Assembly: GCA_003252295.1 (NCBI GenBank) | Contig: QKEV01000007.1 | Span: forward strand, 80,139-144,138 | From: a bacterium | Lineage (GTDB): Bacteria > Patescibacteriota > Minisyncoccia > Phycocordibacterales > UBA12088 | Reading direction: 5' to 3' | Length of the DNA: 64,000 nt | The notes under the pieces: model-generated | The model's database searches: none | Told to the model about the DNA's origin: nothing | The model's input: the letters and a program-made list of their open reading frames with translations, nothing else | Program-made: the position numbers and the translations under genes | In this document: piece by piece, positions 1-9,595 of the stretch | Position numbering within the stretch: the first letter of the stretch is position 1 | How the letters are laid out: the number at the start of each line of letters is the position of its first letter

Positions 1-289
1 GTAGATACCTCGTCTGCGTAGTTCTGGTGTAAGTTCACTTTCAATTTCTAAACTGTTAGGTAAAACAAAAGAAGTTCGGTCATTGCTATTTGCAACAAGT
101 ATTGGACCGAGTACTGTTTGGTCAGTGCCCCATGTTGCACCTATCTCATCTTGCACCTCATTATGTCTACTCTCACGTTCAAAGGTAACACCCTGCACCA
201 CGAAGCTTGCAATGAGACATAGTGCGGCAATTGCACCAATAAGTAAAAGTTTTAGTGTAATGTTTTCCTTATGCATAGTTACGATTTGT
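1..289 (-). CDS. CreD-like inner-membrane protein, N-terminal fragment. The gene runs off the window start.
   Basis: Minus-strand ATG at 289 gives MHKENITLKLLLIGAIAALCLIASFVVQGVTFERESRHNEVQDEIGATWGTDQTVLGPILVAN.... This is a TM helix followed by an ER..R..EV.D.I....G..Q.L.GP pattern, as at the CreD N-terminus. It is not in the ORF table because it is partial. Confidence 0.4.
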
Positions 290-354
290 AACACATATAC
301 TGTATAAAAAGTTACAGTATTTACAAGCAATAAAGTTAAAGTGCTTTGTTGCAA

Positions 355-1263
355 CTAATCGTGCACTGTTACTGTTGTACCAAGATTAGCCCATGAGTAG
401 ATCAGTCTTGCCGTATCAGGTGGCAGATTGACGCAACCATGTGAGTACGGTGACCCAAAACTTTCATGCCAGTAGGCACCGTGTATGACAGCACCTCCCT
501 CTGTAAAGTACAAGTTCCATGGTACACCAGGTAGGTCATAGTACTGCTTGTCAGAAAGGTATGGCAATGGCCCTTGCATGTACCTACTTGGTGTTTTTTT
601 GTATATCTTAAAGGTGCCTGCAGGTGTTGGTGTAAGCGCTAAGCCAGTGGAAATTTTAGCTGTCATAAATATGTTGTCACCTTCATATGCTGTGAGTTCC
701 TGTTTAGTGCGATCAACAATGATTCGTTTATTTGTTTCAGGTACTACTGTGCCGTCTAGTTCCTTATCACCTTCATCCAGGAGCACGTCGACATAGTCAG
801 CAATAACATACCAGTCACTCGTAATACGTTCTGGGTAACGCAACCATTCGTCAAAAATGATCTTGTACCAAGTTTGTCCGTCACGTTCAACCTTGCCACC
901 TACTTTTAAAACCATGCCGTTTCTGAGACGTGACACAACAGGAAAGTCAGTACCTGGACCACCGCGTACACGTAAACATTCACCTTCAAAGTGTGGACCA
1001 CAACCATCTTTCACCTCAACATATTCAAAGAGTACTTTTTCGACTGGTAGTGGTACTTCAACTTCTTTATCATCGATAGTTTCTTTTACATACACGACTT
1101 CTTCTACATGCAGGTATGGTTGCTCTGTTTGATTCTTTACTGTTCCAAAGATAGGAGGAAGTGTGCCACCGTGTTTTTCTGTGGTGATGAGTACATATAC
1201 AAAAACGAGCTGTATCAGTAAGACAAACAGCCCTAGTGTTTTGCCAACCTTGCTAACCTTCAT
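355..1263 (-). CDS. L,D-transpeptidase (YkuD/ErfK catalytic domain) with an N-terminal membrane anchor
   Basis: The C-terminal motif HGAYWHESFGSPYSHGCVNL is the L,D-transpeptidase His/Cys active-site signature. There is an N-terminal TM helix. Confidence 0.8.
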   Translation of the reverse strand: MKVSKVGKTLGLFVLLIQLVFVYVLITTEKHGGTLPPIFGTVKNQTEQPYLHVEEVVYVKETIDDKEVEVPLPVEKVLFEYVEVKDGCGPHFEGECLRVRGGPGTDFPVVSRLRNGMVLKVGGKVERDGQTWYKIIFDEWLRYPERITSDWYVIADYVDVLLDEGDKELDGTVVPETNKRIIVDRTKQELTAYEGDNIFMTAKISTGLALTPTPAGTFKIYKKTPSRYMQGPLPYLSDKQYYDLPGVPWNLYFTEGGAVIHGAYWHESFGSPYSHGCVNLPPDTARLIYSWANLGTTVTVHD

Positions 1264-1316
1264 CTAGTTAGTATATAAGCGGTTGTGTAGTTGAACCAAA
1301 CACTTTTTATGAAAAA

Positions 1317-1715
1317 CTATTTTTCTTTTTTACGTGCAGCACGACGCTCTTGTTCACGTGCTCGTACCTCTCTTTCATTGAGTCCAAAGTGGTGTCCTAT
1401 CTCATGCCATACTGTTTCTGCAACCTCTTCACGCACCCGCTCAGGTATGTTCTGTGCTGCATGGAGGATCGGTTTCTTAAAGATAGTTATCTTGTCAGGA
1501 AGCACCATGTAGTAGTGCACTCCGCGTCTTGTTTGTGGTACCCCTTCGTAGAGTCCAAGGAGTGTGTGGTGACTATCAAGTTTCATCTTTTCTCGTTGCG
1601 CTCTGCTTGGTTCATCTTCAATAATAAAGGCAACGTTTTGTATTTTGTCACGGAATGGTTCTGGAATTTCACCAATACCCTCCCAAACTAATTTTTCAAA
1701 TGCAGCATCGTCCAT
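1317..1715 (-). CDS. Small predicted Zn-dependent metallopeptidase of the minimal MMP-like family
   Basis: HEIGHHFGL is an HExxHxxG zinc-binding motif near the C-terminus of a 132-aa protein. Confidence 0.6.
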   Translation of the reverse strand: MDDAAFEKLVWEGIGEIPEPFRDKIQNVAFIIEDEPSRAQREKMKLDSHHTLLGLYEGVPQTRRGVHYYMVLPDKITIFKKPILHAAQNIPERVREEVAETVWHEIGHHFGLNEREVRAREQERRAARKKEK

Positions 1716-1738
1716 ATCCTTAATTGTATACTTTTTTG

Positions 1739-3463
1739 CTACAGTGTCTTCACCATGTAGGTATGGTCGAGTTTGTACCCAAGTTTGTTCTTATAGTACT
1801 CACGTACCCCAACACCTGAGATAACTGCTAGTTTTTTACAACCGGATTCACGTGCAATACGTTCTGCTTCCTGCATGAGTCGCATACCTAAACCACGATG
1901 CTGACCCTGGTCACCCTTATTCTTGATTTTCATGAGCTGTCCGTAGGTATGCAGTTCCCGTACAATAGCAGCGTCACGTAAGACTTCTAAGTTACCTGTG
2001 AATGTAGTGGTAGCATCTTTGTCAGGTAAACGTAGTCTACAGAATGCTGCACACTTGTTTTCAGATGTGTGTTCAAAGCTAAGAAAAATCTCTTTTCCAG
2101 TAACGGTGTTGTACTCAATAGTTTGCAGTTCGTAATCATCCAGTTGTACTTGGTTGTTGCGGATCTCACGACAGCGTATACACTCACATTGCCAGTTGTG
2201 CTTTTTCTGATCTTCGAGTATCACTTGTCGAAGGTTAGAAACCTTGCTTCCTGCAATGATGTAACTTGCCGGAATATCACGTATGACTCGCAGGATACGA
2301 ACGTACCTTGGTACCTGTTTTTTCGCCTCACGAAGTACATGTATCAATTCATCGTCAGTGTATGGTTTGAACTCACCTCGCTCCCACATGGTGTAGAGCA
2401 CGCTTCCTTTCAGTACGACACAAGGATACATTTTGAGCATATCCGGATGGTACTTGTTGCCATTAAAAAGATCACCAAACATTTGTATATCCATCTCGGG
2501 TGTGCTGCCGGGTAAATTTGGCATCATGTGGTACACCACCTTGAAACCAGCGTTTCTCATGAGCTCAGTTGCATCAGAAATTTCTTTTGCCGTCATGTCA
2601 CGTTGATTGAATGACAAAACACTATCCTGTAAGTGCTGTACACCAATTTCTATCTTCGTGACACCGAGCCATCGAAGTCTATTCAACTCCTCTTCGTTTA
2701 TATGATCAGGTCGCGTTTCAATAGAGAGACCTATGATTCGAGCACCAGCAGTCTCATTCTCCTGTTGCAGCTCTTCAAGTGATAGTTCAGTGCCAGTCTC
2801 ATACTCATCATCACCCTTAGTAAAGTTGTTGGCAGCACGAAATATTTCAGAGATAAACTCTTCCTGGTAGTCCTTCTCGTATGCACTCCACGTTCCACCT
2901 ATGACAATAACTTCAAGCTTATCTATAGGGTGTCCATTTGCCACGAGTGCTCGCATTCTGTTTTGTACCTGTGCATAGGGATCAAAGTTGTTGGCAAGTG
3001 CTCGTGCAGCAGCAGGTTCTTTCGATAGGTAGCTTTTCGGCATTTCCTTCTCAAAGGGGCAGTAGATACATCTTCCGGGACATTGGTACGGTTTTGTTAA
3101 GAGCGAAACAACAGCAACACCGGAATTACTGCGCACTTTTATTTTCCGTAAAATTTGCTCAACTTCTTTTGATGGCTTTTGCTCACCCTTTTTTACCAAG
3201 TCTTTGTAGTAGGCAACCATCTCAGAGTTTGATGGCATCCTCCTCTCATCGTTTGGATTGCTAGCATGTTTCAAGTCAGGTCCATACGTTGTTGCGGTCT
3301 TTTTTCGAATATCCATAAAGTGTGCGTGCAAATTCTTATCACGCATTATGTTGCACTTAAGCAGTTCTAGGTCTTTTTCTGTTTTTATGTCGTCGAAAAG
3401 CATCGCTGTATCTTTAATGGAATTCAATGATAGTATGTTTGAGTGAAAAAGGAAACAGCGCAA
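1739..3463 (-). CDS. elp3: Elp3-like tRNA uridine(34) modification enzyme: radical SAM domain plus C-terminal GNAT acetyltransferase domain
   Basis: Radical SAM cluster CPGRCIYCP. The length is 574 aa. The C-terminal acetyl-CoA-binding motif is QHRGLGMRLMQEAERIA. The true start is possibly ATG at 3403 (MLFDDIK...), 22 nt downstream of a TACTAT -10-like box. Confidence 0.85.
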   Translation of the reverse strand: MRCFLFHSNILSLNSIKDTAMLFDDIKTEKDLELLKCNIMRDKNLHAHFMDIRKKTATTYGPDLKHASNPNDERRMPSNSEMVAYYKDLVKKGEQKPSKEVEQILRKIKVRSNSGVAVVSLLTKPYQCPGRCIYCPFEKEMPKSYLSKEPAAARALANNFDPYAQVQNRMRALVANGHPIDKLEVIVIGGTWSAYEKDYQEEFISEIFRAANNFTKGDDEYETGTELSLEELQQENETAGARIIGLSIETRPDHINEEELNRLRWLGVTKIEIGVQHLQDSVLSFNQRDMTAKEISDATELMRNAGFKVVYHMMPNLPGSTPEMDIQMFGDLFNGNKYHPDMLKMYPCVVLKGSVLYTMWERGEFKPYTDDELIHVLREAKKQVPRYVRILRVIRDIPASYIIAGSKVSNLRQVILEDQKKHNWQCECIRCREIRNNQVQLDDYELQTIEYNTVTGKEIFLSFEHTSENKCAAFCRLRLPDKDATTTFTGNLEVLRDAAIVRELHTYGQLMKIKNKGDQGQHRGLGMRLMQEAERIARESGCKKLAVISGVGVREYYKNKLGYKLDHTYMVKTL

Positions 3464-4135
3464 GCGCTTCTGAAACTTTCAAGAGACGAGTACGACACAT
3501 ATGCATCTGAGTTTTCTGGTACGAGAAAGTTTTTTTGGCGTGAGCTTGAGTTTCTAAAAGAGTATGTGACACCAGGTTCTAAGATACTTGATATTGGCTG
3601 CGGTAACGGTCGCCTCCTTGATCTCTTTGAGGGTCTAGATATTGAGTACACAGGTATAGACTCTTCAAAAGAGCTTATCGCAATAGCACAAAAAGAAAGA
3701 GGATCACGAGGTGCTTTTATTCATGCTGACGCACTCTCGCTTCCCTTTGAGGATGGTACTTTTGATGTTGTGTTTTCGGTAGCTATGCTACATCATGTGC
3801 CTGATCATAAAAATAGGATGCAGTGTGTTTCTGAGGCGCAGCGTGTTTTGAAGCATGGAGGTACTTGTGTGTTTACTGTCTGGAACACCTTACAGTGGCG
3901 GTTTTTTAAGCAACATCTAGTACAAACAGGTAGAAAACTTTGTGGTCTCTCAGACTTAGATCTTGGTGACATGATCATCACCTTTGGAAAAAAGAAGAGA
4001 AAGCGCTTCGTGCATTCTTTATCAAAGAGAGCACTTCAATCACTCTTTGAGAAAAATAGTTTTTTGGATACTATGGTGAGAGAGGTAAAACGTAAAAGTG
4101 GTTTTGCAAACTTTATAGTAACTGCAAAAAAATAA
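3443..4135 (+). CDS. Class I SAM-dependent methyltransferase, Trm9-like
   Basis: Motif I ILDIGCGNGRLL and motif LHHV. GTG start 6 nt after a TAGTAT box. It is divergent from elp3. Confidence 0.7.
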   Translation: MKKETAQALLKLSRDEYDTYASEFSGTRKFFWRELEFLKEYVTPGSKILDIGCGNGRLLDLFEGLDIEYTGIDSSKELIAIAQKERGSRGAFIHADALSLPFEDGTFDVVFSVAMLHHVPDHKNRMQCVSEAQRVLKHGGTCVFTVWNTLQWRFFKQHLVQTGRKLCGLSDLDLGDMIITFGKKKRKRFVHSLSKRALQSLFEKNSFLDTMVREVKRKSGFANFIVTAKK

Positions 4136-4140
4136 ACATA

Positions 4141-4545
4141 TTGCTTATGGATACAAAAATAATTATTGCTTCAGGTCCGGTGATTGTCGAAGATGGTAAG
4201 GTTCTTCTTGACGAGCACGGTGATACTGATTACTGGAAATTTTGTGGTGGTGAGGTGCAGGACTTTACTCATGACCTCATCGAAAATGCTAAAAACAGAG
4301 CGAAAGAAGAGATTGGTGTTGATGTTGAGATACTTGATGAGACGCCGTTTATTTTTCATACAACAAAGGTAAAAGAGTATGGTAGAGTTGACTACCTTGT
4401 AGTGCATTTTTTGGCAAAGCGAATTGGAGAGGTGGTACCCGGAAGTGACATACGAGAATGGGCATGGATACCCCTTAATGAGCTTCGTGCACACAAACTT
4501 GCTCCAAGTATTATGCCAGCACTCAAACACTTCAAGTTTCAGTAA
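4141..4545 (+). CDS. NUDIX-family hydrolase (probable)
   Basis: GGEVQDF...RAKEEIGV resembles the Nudix box GX5EX7REUXEEXGU, with partial matches. 134 aa. Confidence 0.5.
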   Translation: MLMDTKIIIASGPVIVEDGKVLLDEHGDTDYWKFCGGEVQDFTHDLIENAKNRAKEEIGVDVEILDETPFIFHTTKVKEYGRVDYLVVHFLAKRIGEVVPGSDIREWAWIPLNELRAHKLAPSIMPALKHFKFQ

Positions 4546-4550
4546 AAAAA

Positions 4551-4580
4551 CAAAACGGAGGTGAATTCACCCCCGTTTCA
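4551..4580. terminator. Bidirectional rho-independent terminator hairpin
   Basis: aacggaggtgaattcacccccgtt palindrome flanked by A and T runs. Confidence 0.5.
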
Positions 4581-4601
4581 AACTGTATAGCGCCATAATC
4601 A

Positions 4602-5135
4602 TTACACGGTCGCCATATTTGTACTTATTTTTTTTGCCCACATGAGGGCTCTTCCCTTCACACCATATCTTCTTCCTGGTATGTGCCGTGAAGACCTTGA
4701 GAAACTACAAGGTTTAGCCACGGTACGCCTGATGATTTGTTCATTTTCAGCGTCATCAGATGGACTGAAAATCTCTAAATCATCCGAATCATCTGACATC
4801 AACCAGAAATCGTCAACAATTGGATTTCCTTCAATGTCAGCAATCCCACCTTTAACTTTGCCAATCGAAGATGGGATGCGTGTCTCTCCATCAGGACATC
4901 CTTGAGGTGTGAATCCTTCCTCCCCCCAAATGTGTGGTTTGGTGGTCGAAAGTGCTGTGTGGTTTGTGTGGATACCTTGAACGAATCCAGGCGATTCACA
5001 CCGTGACTCTTCGACTCCAAGACCACGCTGCAAACGCAGTTCAAGTGAAAACGGAACAAAATATTTTTGTCCGCCGATGTTCCTGATGTCTCGTCCGTCT
5101 TTAAATCGATCTTCCAACTCTTGAATTCTTCCCAT
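4602..5135 (-). CDS. Hypothetical protein
   Basis: 177-aa ORF with no recognisable motif. Acidic D/S-rich central segment. Confidence 0.4.
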   Translation of the reverse strand: MGRIQELEDRFKDGRDIRNIGGQKYFVPFSLELRLQRGLGVEESRCESPGFVQGIHTNHTALSTTKPHIWGEEGFTPQGCPDGETRIPSSIGKVKGGIADIEGNPIVDDFWLMSDDSDDLEIFSPSDDAENEQIIRRTVAKPCSFSRSSRHIPGRRYGVKGRALMWAKKISTNMATV

Positions 5136-5295
5136 GACTACCCCCTTTTTCTTAAGTTTTGTTAAATACCTACTCTTTATATTATAACATAGTATATATA
5201 TAAGTCAAGTTACGTGTTGCAAAAATAGCCATTATTTACCATGTATTTTTCACATATATCTTTGCAACAAGTCACAACAAGTCTACAATGTAATC

Positions 5296-5964
5296 ATGAG
5301 GAACATAAACACTATTCCCTATATTCGTTACATTTACTTTGCCGCACTTACAGTCCTCCTCCTCTTGGTACTTTTTACACCAACACTCATCCATGATGGC
5401 TTTTCCGTTGTTACTGAGGAGATGCTTGAAGGTATTTGTCTCCTCATTATTACCATTGCAGGTTTTATTATTTACTCTTCCCTTGAACGACATCTTCGTG
5501 AGACGCGAAGCAAGTATGATGATTTGGCGCGTCATGTTGGTGCACTCAACCTACAGACTGTGCAGGTAGAAGCGCTCTTTGATGAGATAACAAAACTCCC
5601 TGAGAACAAACGTGACATTAAAAAAATACTCAAATCGATAGCACTCAATGTACTTTCTGTTATCACCGAGGAATGGGTGCTCGTACGTATCATTGATAAG
5701 GCAAGTGGAAGGACACTCACTGAACATATAGAGGTAAAAGATGGTAGTGATACACAGGCAAATGTGATTCCGACCATAAGCAATAAAGCTATTCTGACCG
5801 ACGAGCGTGCAAAGGAGTACTCGGTCTACACATCACGACCTGAAAATACGCGCGTGATTGCTTGTTGTGTCTTCCCTACTCATTCACTCAACAAACACCA
5901 AGAAGTGGTTATCAAAGCGGCTGTAAATAGCCTAGCGATCATTTACCTCGTGTTTGAAAAGTAA
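5296..5964 (+). CDS. Hypothetical membrane protein: two N-terminal TM helices plus a soluble domain
   Basis: Hydrophobic N-terminus. ATG sits 6 nt after a TACAAT box. Confidence 0.5.
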   Translation: MRNINTIPYIRYIYFAALTVLLLLVLFTPTLIHDGFSVVTEEMLEGICLLIITIAGFIIYSSLERHLRETRSKYDDLARHVGALNLQTVQVEALFDEITKLPENKRDIKKILKSIALNVLSVITEEWVLVRIIDKASGRTLTEHIEVKDGSDTQANVIPTISNKAILTDERAKEYSVYTSRPENTRVIACCVFPTHSLNKHQEVVIKAAVNSLAIIYLVFEK

Positions 5965-6024
5965 CACCACTACTACAAAAACACACCTTAGAAAACCAAA
6001 GTGTGTTTTTGTGAAATGTGCTGT

Positions 6025-6432
6025 TTAACTAGCTCTTGATTGACGACTTTGTGTCTGTGCACTTACTGTACTTGATTGTGTCGTATCTTCGTCAGTAGAG
6101 ACAGTACTTGTGTCTTCATCATCAGTAGCCAAGAAAGCACTTGTGTCAGATGTTGTAACCTCTGTTACATATGTTGCCTCGCTACTTTGAGTTGTATCTA
6201 CAGCTTGTTTATTGTACATAAACACTCCGCCTAAAGCAGCCGTAATCACCAAAAGTATTGCAATTAGCGTACTTTTTTCGTTATTTTTCATAAACTTTTT
6301 ATGTTTATAAGCCAATAATTGCGAAATGTAGGTAGGTGAAAAGTGTTTTGAAATTTCTACAACACGAATTGCGTAATAGATTCTGTTAACGGTGAATGAC
6401 CTACTTACATCTGCGCCACCGTTAGTACGCAT
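6025..6432 (-). CDS. Hypothetical membrane-anchored protein with a Thr/Ser/Asp-rich low-complexity tail
   Basis: TM helix LIAILLVITAALGGVF followed by T/S/D/E-rich sequence. Confidence 0.4.
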   Translation of the reverse strand: MRTNGGADVSRSFTVNRIYYAIRVVEISKHFSPTYISQLLAYKHKKFMKNNEKSTLIAILLVITAALGGVFMYNKQAVDTTQSSEATYVTEVTTSDTSAFLATDDEDTSTVSTDEDTTQSSTVSAQTQSRQSRAS

Positions 6433-6461
6433 GTAAGAACAATTTTCTTTTACTTAAAAAC

Positions 6462-7358
6462 ATGAAAGAGTATTCATACAACGAACGACATATGGGAACA
6501 GAAGTATCTGTTTCTTTGGTATGTACGGATGAGCAAATGGCACAAAACATAGCATCAAGTATGTTTCAAATGATACATAATTATGAACTACGTTTCTCAC
6601 GCTTTTTGGAAGAGAGTGAACTTTCGTTACTCAACAAGCAAGGAACTGCTGTGGTGAGTGATGAGTTTATGCAAGTGCTTACTCGTAGCTTGGAGCTCAA
6701 TAAGTTCACGAAGAACGTCTTTAACCCACTCGTGCAGGTATCACGTCTCGGGTATACAACCACGTTTACAAAGATAAAGGGTACACTTAGAGAACAGGAT
6801 ACTGATGTGTACAGTACAGCCACTGGCAGAGTGCAAATAGATAAAGATGTAAACCGTATCAGAATCGGTAAAGATCAACAGCTTGATTTTGGTGGCATGC
6901 TCAAGGGATACCTCTCTACCAAACTTGCAGATGTTGTCATGGAAACATATGGAGAGAAATGTGCAGGTCTCGTGATCAACCTAGGTGGTGACCTCACTAC
7001 ACGAGGTTACGACGAGTTTCAGCGGGCGTTCATCTTTCAACTGTACAATCCTGTGAGTGACAAAGAAACTTCTGTCACACTCACCAACACTGCTCTTGCA
7101 ACAAGTGGTACATACGCTCGTACGTGGCAAACAAAAGAAGGAAGTGTAAACCACATTGTCGATGCACGTGTGCAGAGAAACCCAGTATCAGGAGTAGTGT
7201 CGGCAAGTATCATCCACACAGATGGTGCGGTATGCGAAGCAGTTGCAAAGCTGTTTCTCATACAAGGTGTTGAAAAGGCACAGGAAATAGCACCTAGTTC
7301 TAATTATCAGTTTTTTGCAGTTTTGCAGAATGGAAAAGAAGTAACAAACATTACATGA
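6462..7358 (+). CDS. apbE: FAD:protein FMN transferase (ApbE/Ftp family)
   Basis: MGT near the N-terminus, GGMLKGY, INLGGD, ALATSGTYAR, NHIVDAR and DGAVCEA match the ApbE family signature blocks. Confidence 0.8.
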   Translation: MKEYSYNERHMGTEVSVSLVCTDEQMAQNIASSMFQMIHNYELRFSRFLEESELSLLNKQGTAVVSDEFMQVLTRSLELNKFTKNVFNPLVQVSRLGYTTTFTKIKGTLREQDTDVYSTATGRVQIDKDVNRIRIGKDQQLDFGGMLKGYLSTKLADVVMETYGEKCAGLVINLGGDLTTRGYDEFQRAFIFQLYNPVSDKETSVTLTNTALATSGTYARTWQTKEGSVNHIVDARVQRNPVSGVVSASIIHTDGAVCEAVAKLFLIQGVEKAQEIAPSSNYQFFAVLQNGKEVTNIT

Positions 7359-7966
7359 AAACGTACATAACATGGATCACACGAGTACAAACAGCACTTC
7401 TTGTGGTTTCGATCGTACTACTCGCAACTCTTCCTACCACACTTGCGCTCAAACCAGCTATCTTTACCGATGCTGTGTATTTTTGGTTGTATCTCATTGT
7501 GCATGTTGCTTTGTTTTTGGTAATGATGGTGCGTCCACTTGCTGATATTTTTACAAAGGTAAAATGGATCAGACCACTCGTCATACTACGAAAAGGTATG
7601 GGTGTACTCTCTGCGTCGATTATTGTTTCGTTCATTATTGCAAAACTCATCACCAACGCAGGTGGATACCTGTCAGGTTTTCTCACTTCCGCGTACTGGT
7701 CACTTAACAACTTTGCACTCTTTGTTCACGTTGCAGATATTGCAGCCGTACTGTTGCTTGTTACGTCAAACAACTTTTCAAAGCGTTTGCTTGGTAAAAA
7801 TTGGAAACGCGTTCAGCGATTGTCGTATGTGTACTTCTATGCGAGTGCTGTGTATGTTTTCTGTATTCTCAATGAAGCATATATGGCGTACTTCATCATT
7901 GCCGTAACCCTTGTTACTGTACTTGTTTGGTTTAAGAATCACGGTGTTATTGCAGTGAAGAACTAA
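7355..7966 (+). CDS. Polytopic membrane protein with a ferric-reductase-like / MsrQ(YedZ)-like transmembrane domain
   Basis: About 6 TM helices. Two intramembrane His (LIVHVALF, FVHVADI). WKRVQRLSYVYF resembles the MsrQ W+RLHRLxY motif. The start overlaps the apbE stop (ATGA). Confidence 0.45.
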   Translation: MKTYITWITRVQTALLVVSIVLLATLPTTLALKPAIFTDAVYFWLYLIVHVALFLVMMVRPLADIFTKVKWIRPLVILRKGMGVLSASIIVSFIIAKLITNAGGYLSGFLTSAYWSLNNFALFVHVADIAAVLLLVTSNNFSKRLLGKNWKRVQRLSYVYFYASAVYVFCILNEAYMAYFIIAVTLVTVLVWFKNHGVIAVKN

Positions 7967-8038
7967 CATTCTGCTGGAAGAAATGCATGACCATGTGCGT
8001 ACTAATCATTACAAGCAATTATCAATTAAATTACTCGT

Positions 8039-8416
8039 ATGAAAAAAACATTTACACTACTTGCTTCTGCTCTTGTACTTGTTTTAAGTGGTGCCTACTT
8101 TGTGCACGCACAAACAAGCATGATGGACGGATACGGGTGGGAGCCAAACATTACTAGGTATAACGATCATTACGGTATGATGAACTATGGACTCGGAGGT
8201 TACGGCCTCTTTGGTGGTGGTATAGTCGCCCTCATCTTCTGGCTATTGCTTATTGGTAGTATTGTTGCGCTTGTTCGCTACTTCTCACACGACAGTAAGA
8301 TGCACAGCACACCATCAAGGTCAGACAATGCGATGAATATCTTGAAAGAACGGTACGCTAAGGGTGAAATAGGTAAGGAGGAGTTTGACGCAAAGAAAGA
8401 GGATCTAGAAAACTAA
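8039..8416 (+). CDS. SHOCT-domain membrane protein
   Basis: Signal/TM helices. The C-terminal LKERYAKGEIGKEEFDAKKEDL is the SHOCT motif. Confidence 0.7.
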   Translation: MKKTFTLLASALVLVLSGAYFVHAQTSMMDGYGWEPNITRYNDHYGMMNYGLGGYGLFGGGIVALIFWLLLIGSIVALVRYFSHDSKMHSTPSRSDNAMNILKERYAKGEIGKEEFDAKKEDLEN

Positions 8417-8440
8417 GGTTGATGTAGTGAGATAAAAAAA

Positions 8441-8472
8441 CAGCACACCAGACATAACAAGGTGTGCTGTTT
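8441..8472 (+). terminator. Rho-independent terminator
   Basis: cagcacacc..ggtgtgctg hairpin followed by ttt. Confidence 0.5.
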
Positions 8473-8748
8473 AAGCAAATCAAATAATTATTAAAAGTGA
8501 AACAAGTTTCTAATTGTTGACCCAAGTTTGGTGCACCATATACTCAAGTGCCCACGTACACCAAGCTTGGGTGTGAGCCAGGGAAATTCGCTAACCTCGT
8601 TCTGTGCTTTCATGTATGTTTCCTTTAGGTAAAGTTGTCTGGTTTACTACTGTCCGTGAAGTATGATACTGCTTCTTTATAACGTGTCAAACAAATCAAT
8701 TGTTAATAATTTTTAACTTTTTAGGTATTTCAAGTAGAATATAGATAT

Positions 8749-9180
8749 ATGGAAACCATTAAAAATAAAAAGATTATTATCGCTGTGTTGGTAGTAGGTG
8801 TAGTCGTGTTGTACTACGTTTTGTCATCAAGTGGTAATGGTGGCAACGCTAACAAAGTTGTGCTTGATGAAAAGTTTGCAAGTAGAGTGGAAGCAAGTGA
8901 TACCACGTTTAATTGCTCTGACATCACTTCGATTCAAATCGCTGGTGACAGAGATGTGAAGAAGATTACCGTTAATGTCGACGATGATTCTGTGCGATCA
9001 CAGTTGTTTGCTGAACTTGATAAGGAGAGTGGTACCTTTACCTGGTATCCAGAGATCACTCCAGAGCAACCTGAGAACCAGGAAAAAGCTGACCAGAACA
9101 AAGATGAACTTAAGAACTGCAAAAATGCAGATGGAAAAACATTTTTTGAACTCTACAAAGAGGCAGTACCTGAAAACTAA
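8749..9180 (+). CDS. Hypothetical membrane-anchored / secreted protein
   Basis: N-terminal TM IIIAVLVVGVVVLYYVL. No domain recognised. Confidence 0.45.
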   Translation: METIKNKKIIIAVLVVGVVVLYYVLSSSGNGGNANKVVLDEKFASRVEASDTTFNCSDITSIQIAGDRDVKKITVNVDDDSVRSQLFAELDKESGTFTWYPEITPEQPENQEKADQNKDELKNCKNADGKTFFELYKEAVPEN

Positions 9181-9202
9181 TTAAGTGAGGAACTGTTTAA
9201 AC

Positions 9203-9595
9203 CTAGCTACTCTTGTAGTAGCTAGGTTTTTTGGGTTCTTCAAGTGTGTTGTAATCAATCAATATCTCTTCACCCTCTGCAATATCTCTTTTTGCGTACC
9301 AGTTATAGTCTTTATGTTCAGCATTAGCATTTTGTGAGTGGTTTAAGTACCATCCAACTGGCATGTTTCCAAAATCTTCAGGACATACAAGTGTGTCACT
9401 TCTATCCATACAGTACTCGTCAAATGGTTTTGGTACATCGTTTGTGCTAAGTATTCGTATGCGGTTTTCAAGTAGTTTTTCATCTCCAAATAACCTCAAA
9501 AAAGTTCCTTTTACTATTCCATGAGTAGCAAAAACACCCACACCATACTCTGATGGTTTTAAGATAAATGAAAATTCATTAGTGCTATTTTTCAT
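9203..9595 (-). CDS. SET-domain protein (putative protein lysine methyltransferase), minimal ~130 aa form
   Basis: GVGVFATHGIVKGTFL (SET N-region), YLNHSQNANAE (NHSCxPN-like) and IAEGEEILIDY (ELxxDY). Confidence 0.75.
   Translation of the reverse strand: MKNSTNEFSFILKPSEYGVGVFATHGIVKGTFLRLFGDEKLLENRIRILSTNDVPKPFDEYCMDRSDTLVCPEDFGNMPVGWYLNHSQNANAEHKDYNWYAKRDIAEGEEILIDYNTLEEPKKPSYYKSS

Noticed and set aside
83-307. 74-aa + strand ORF at the window start
   Set aside because: It lies entirely inside the better-supported minus-strand CreD-like partial gene (1-289). It has odd composition and no motif.
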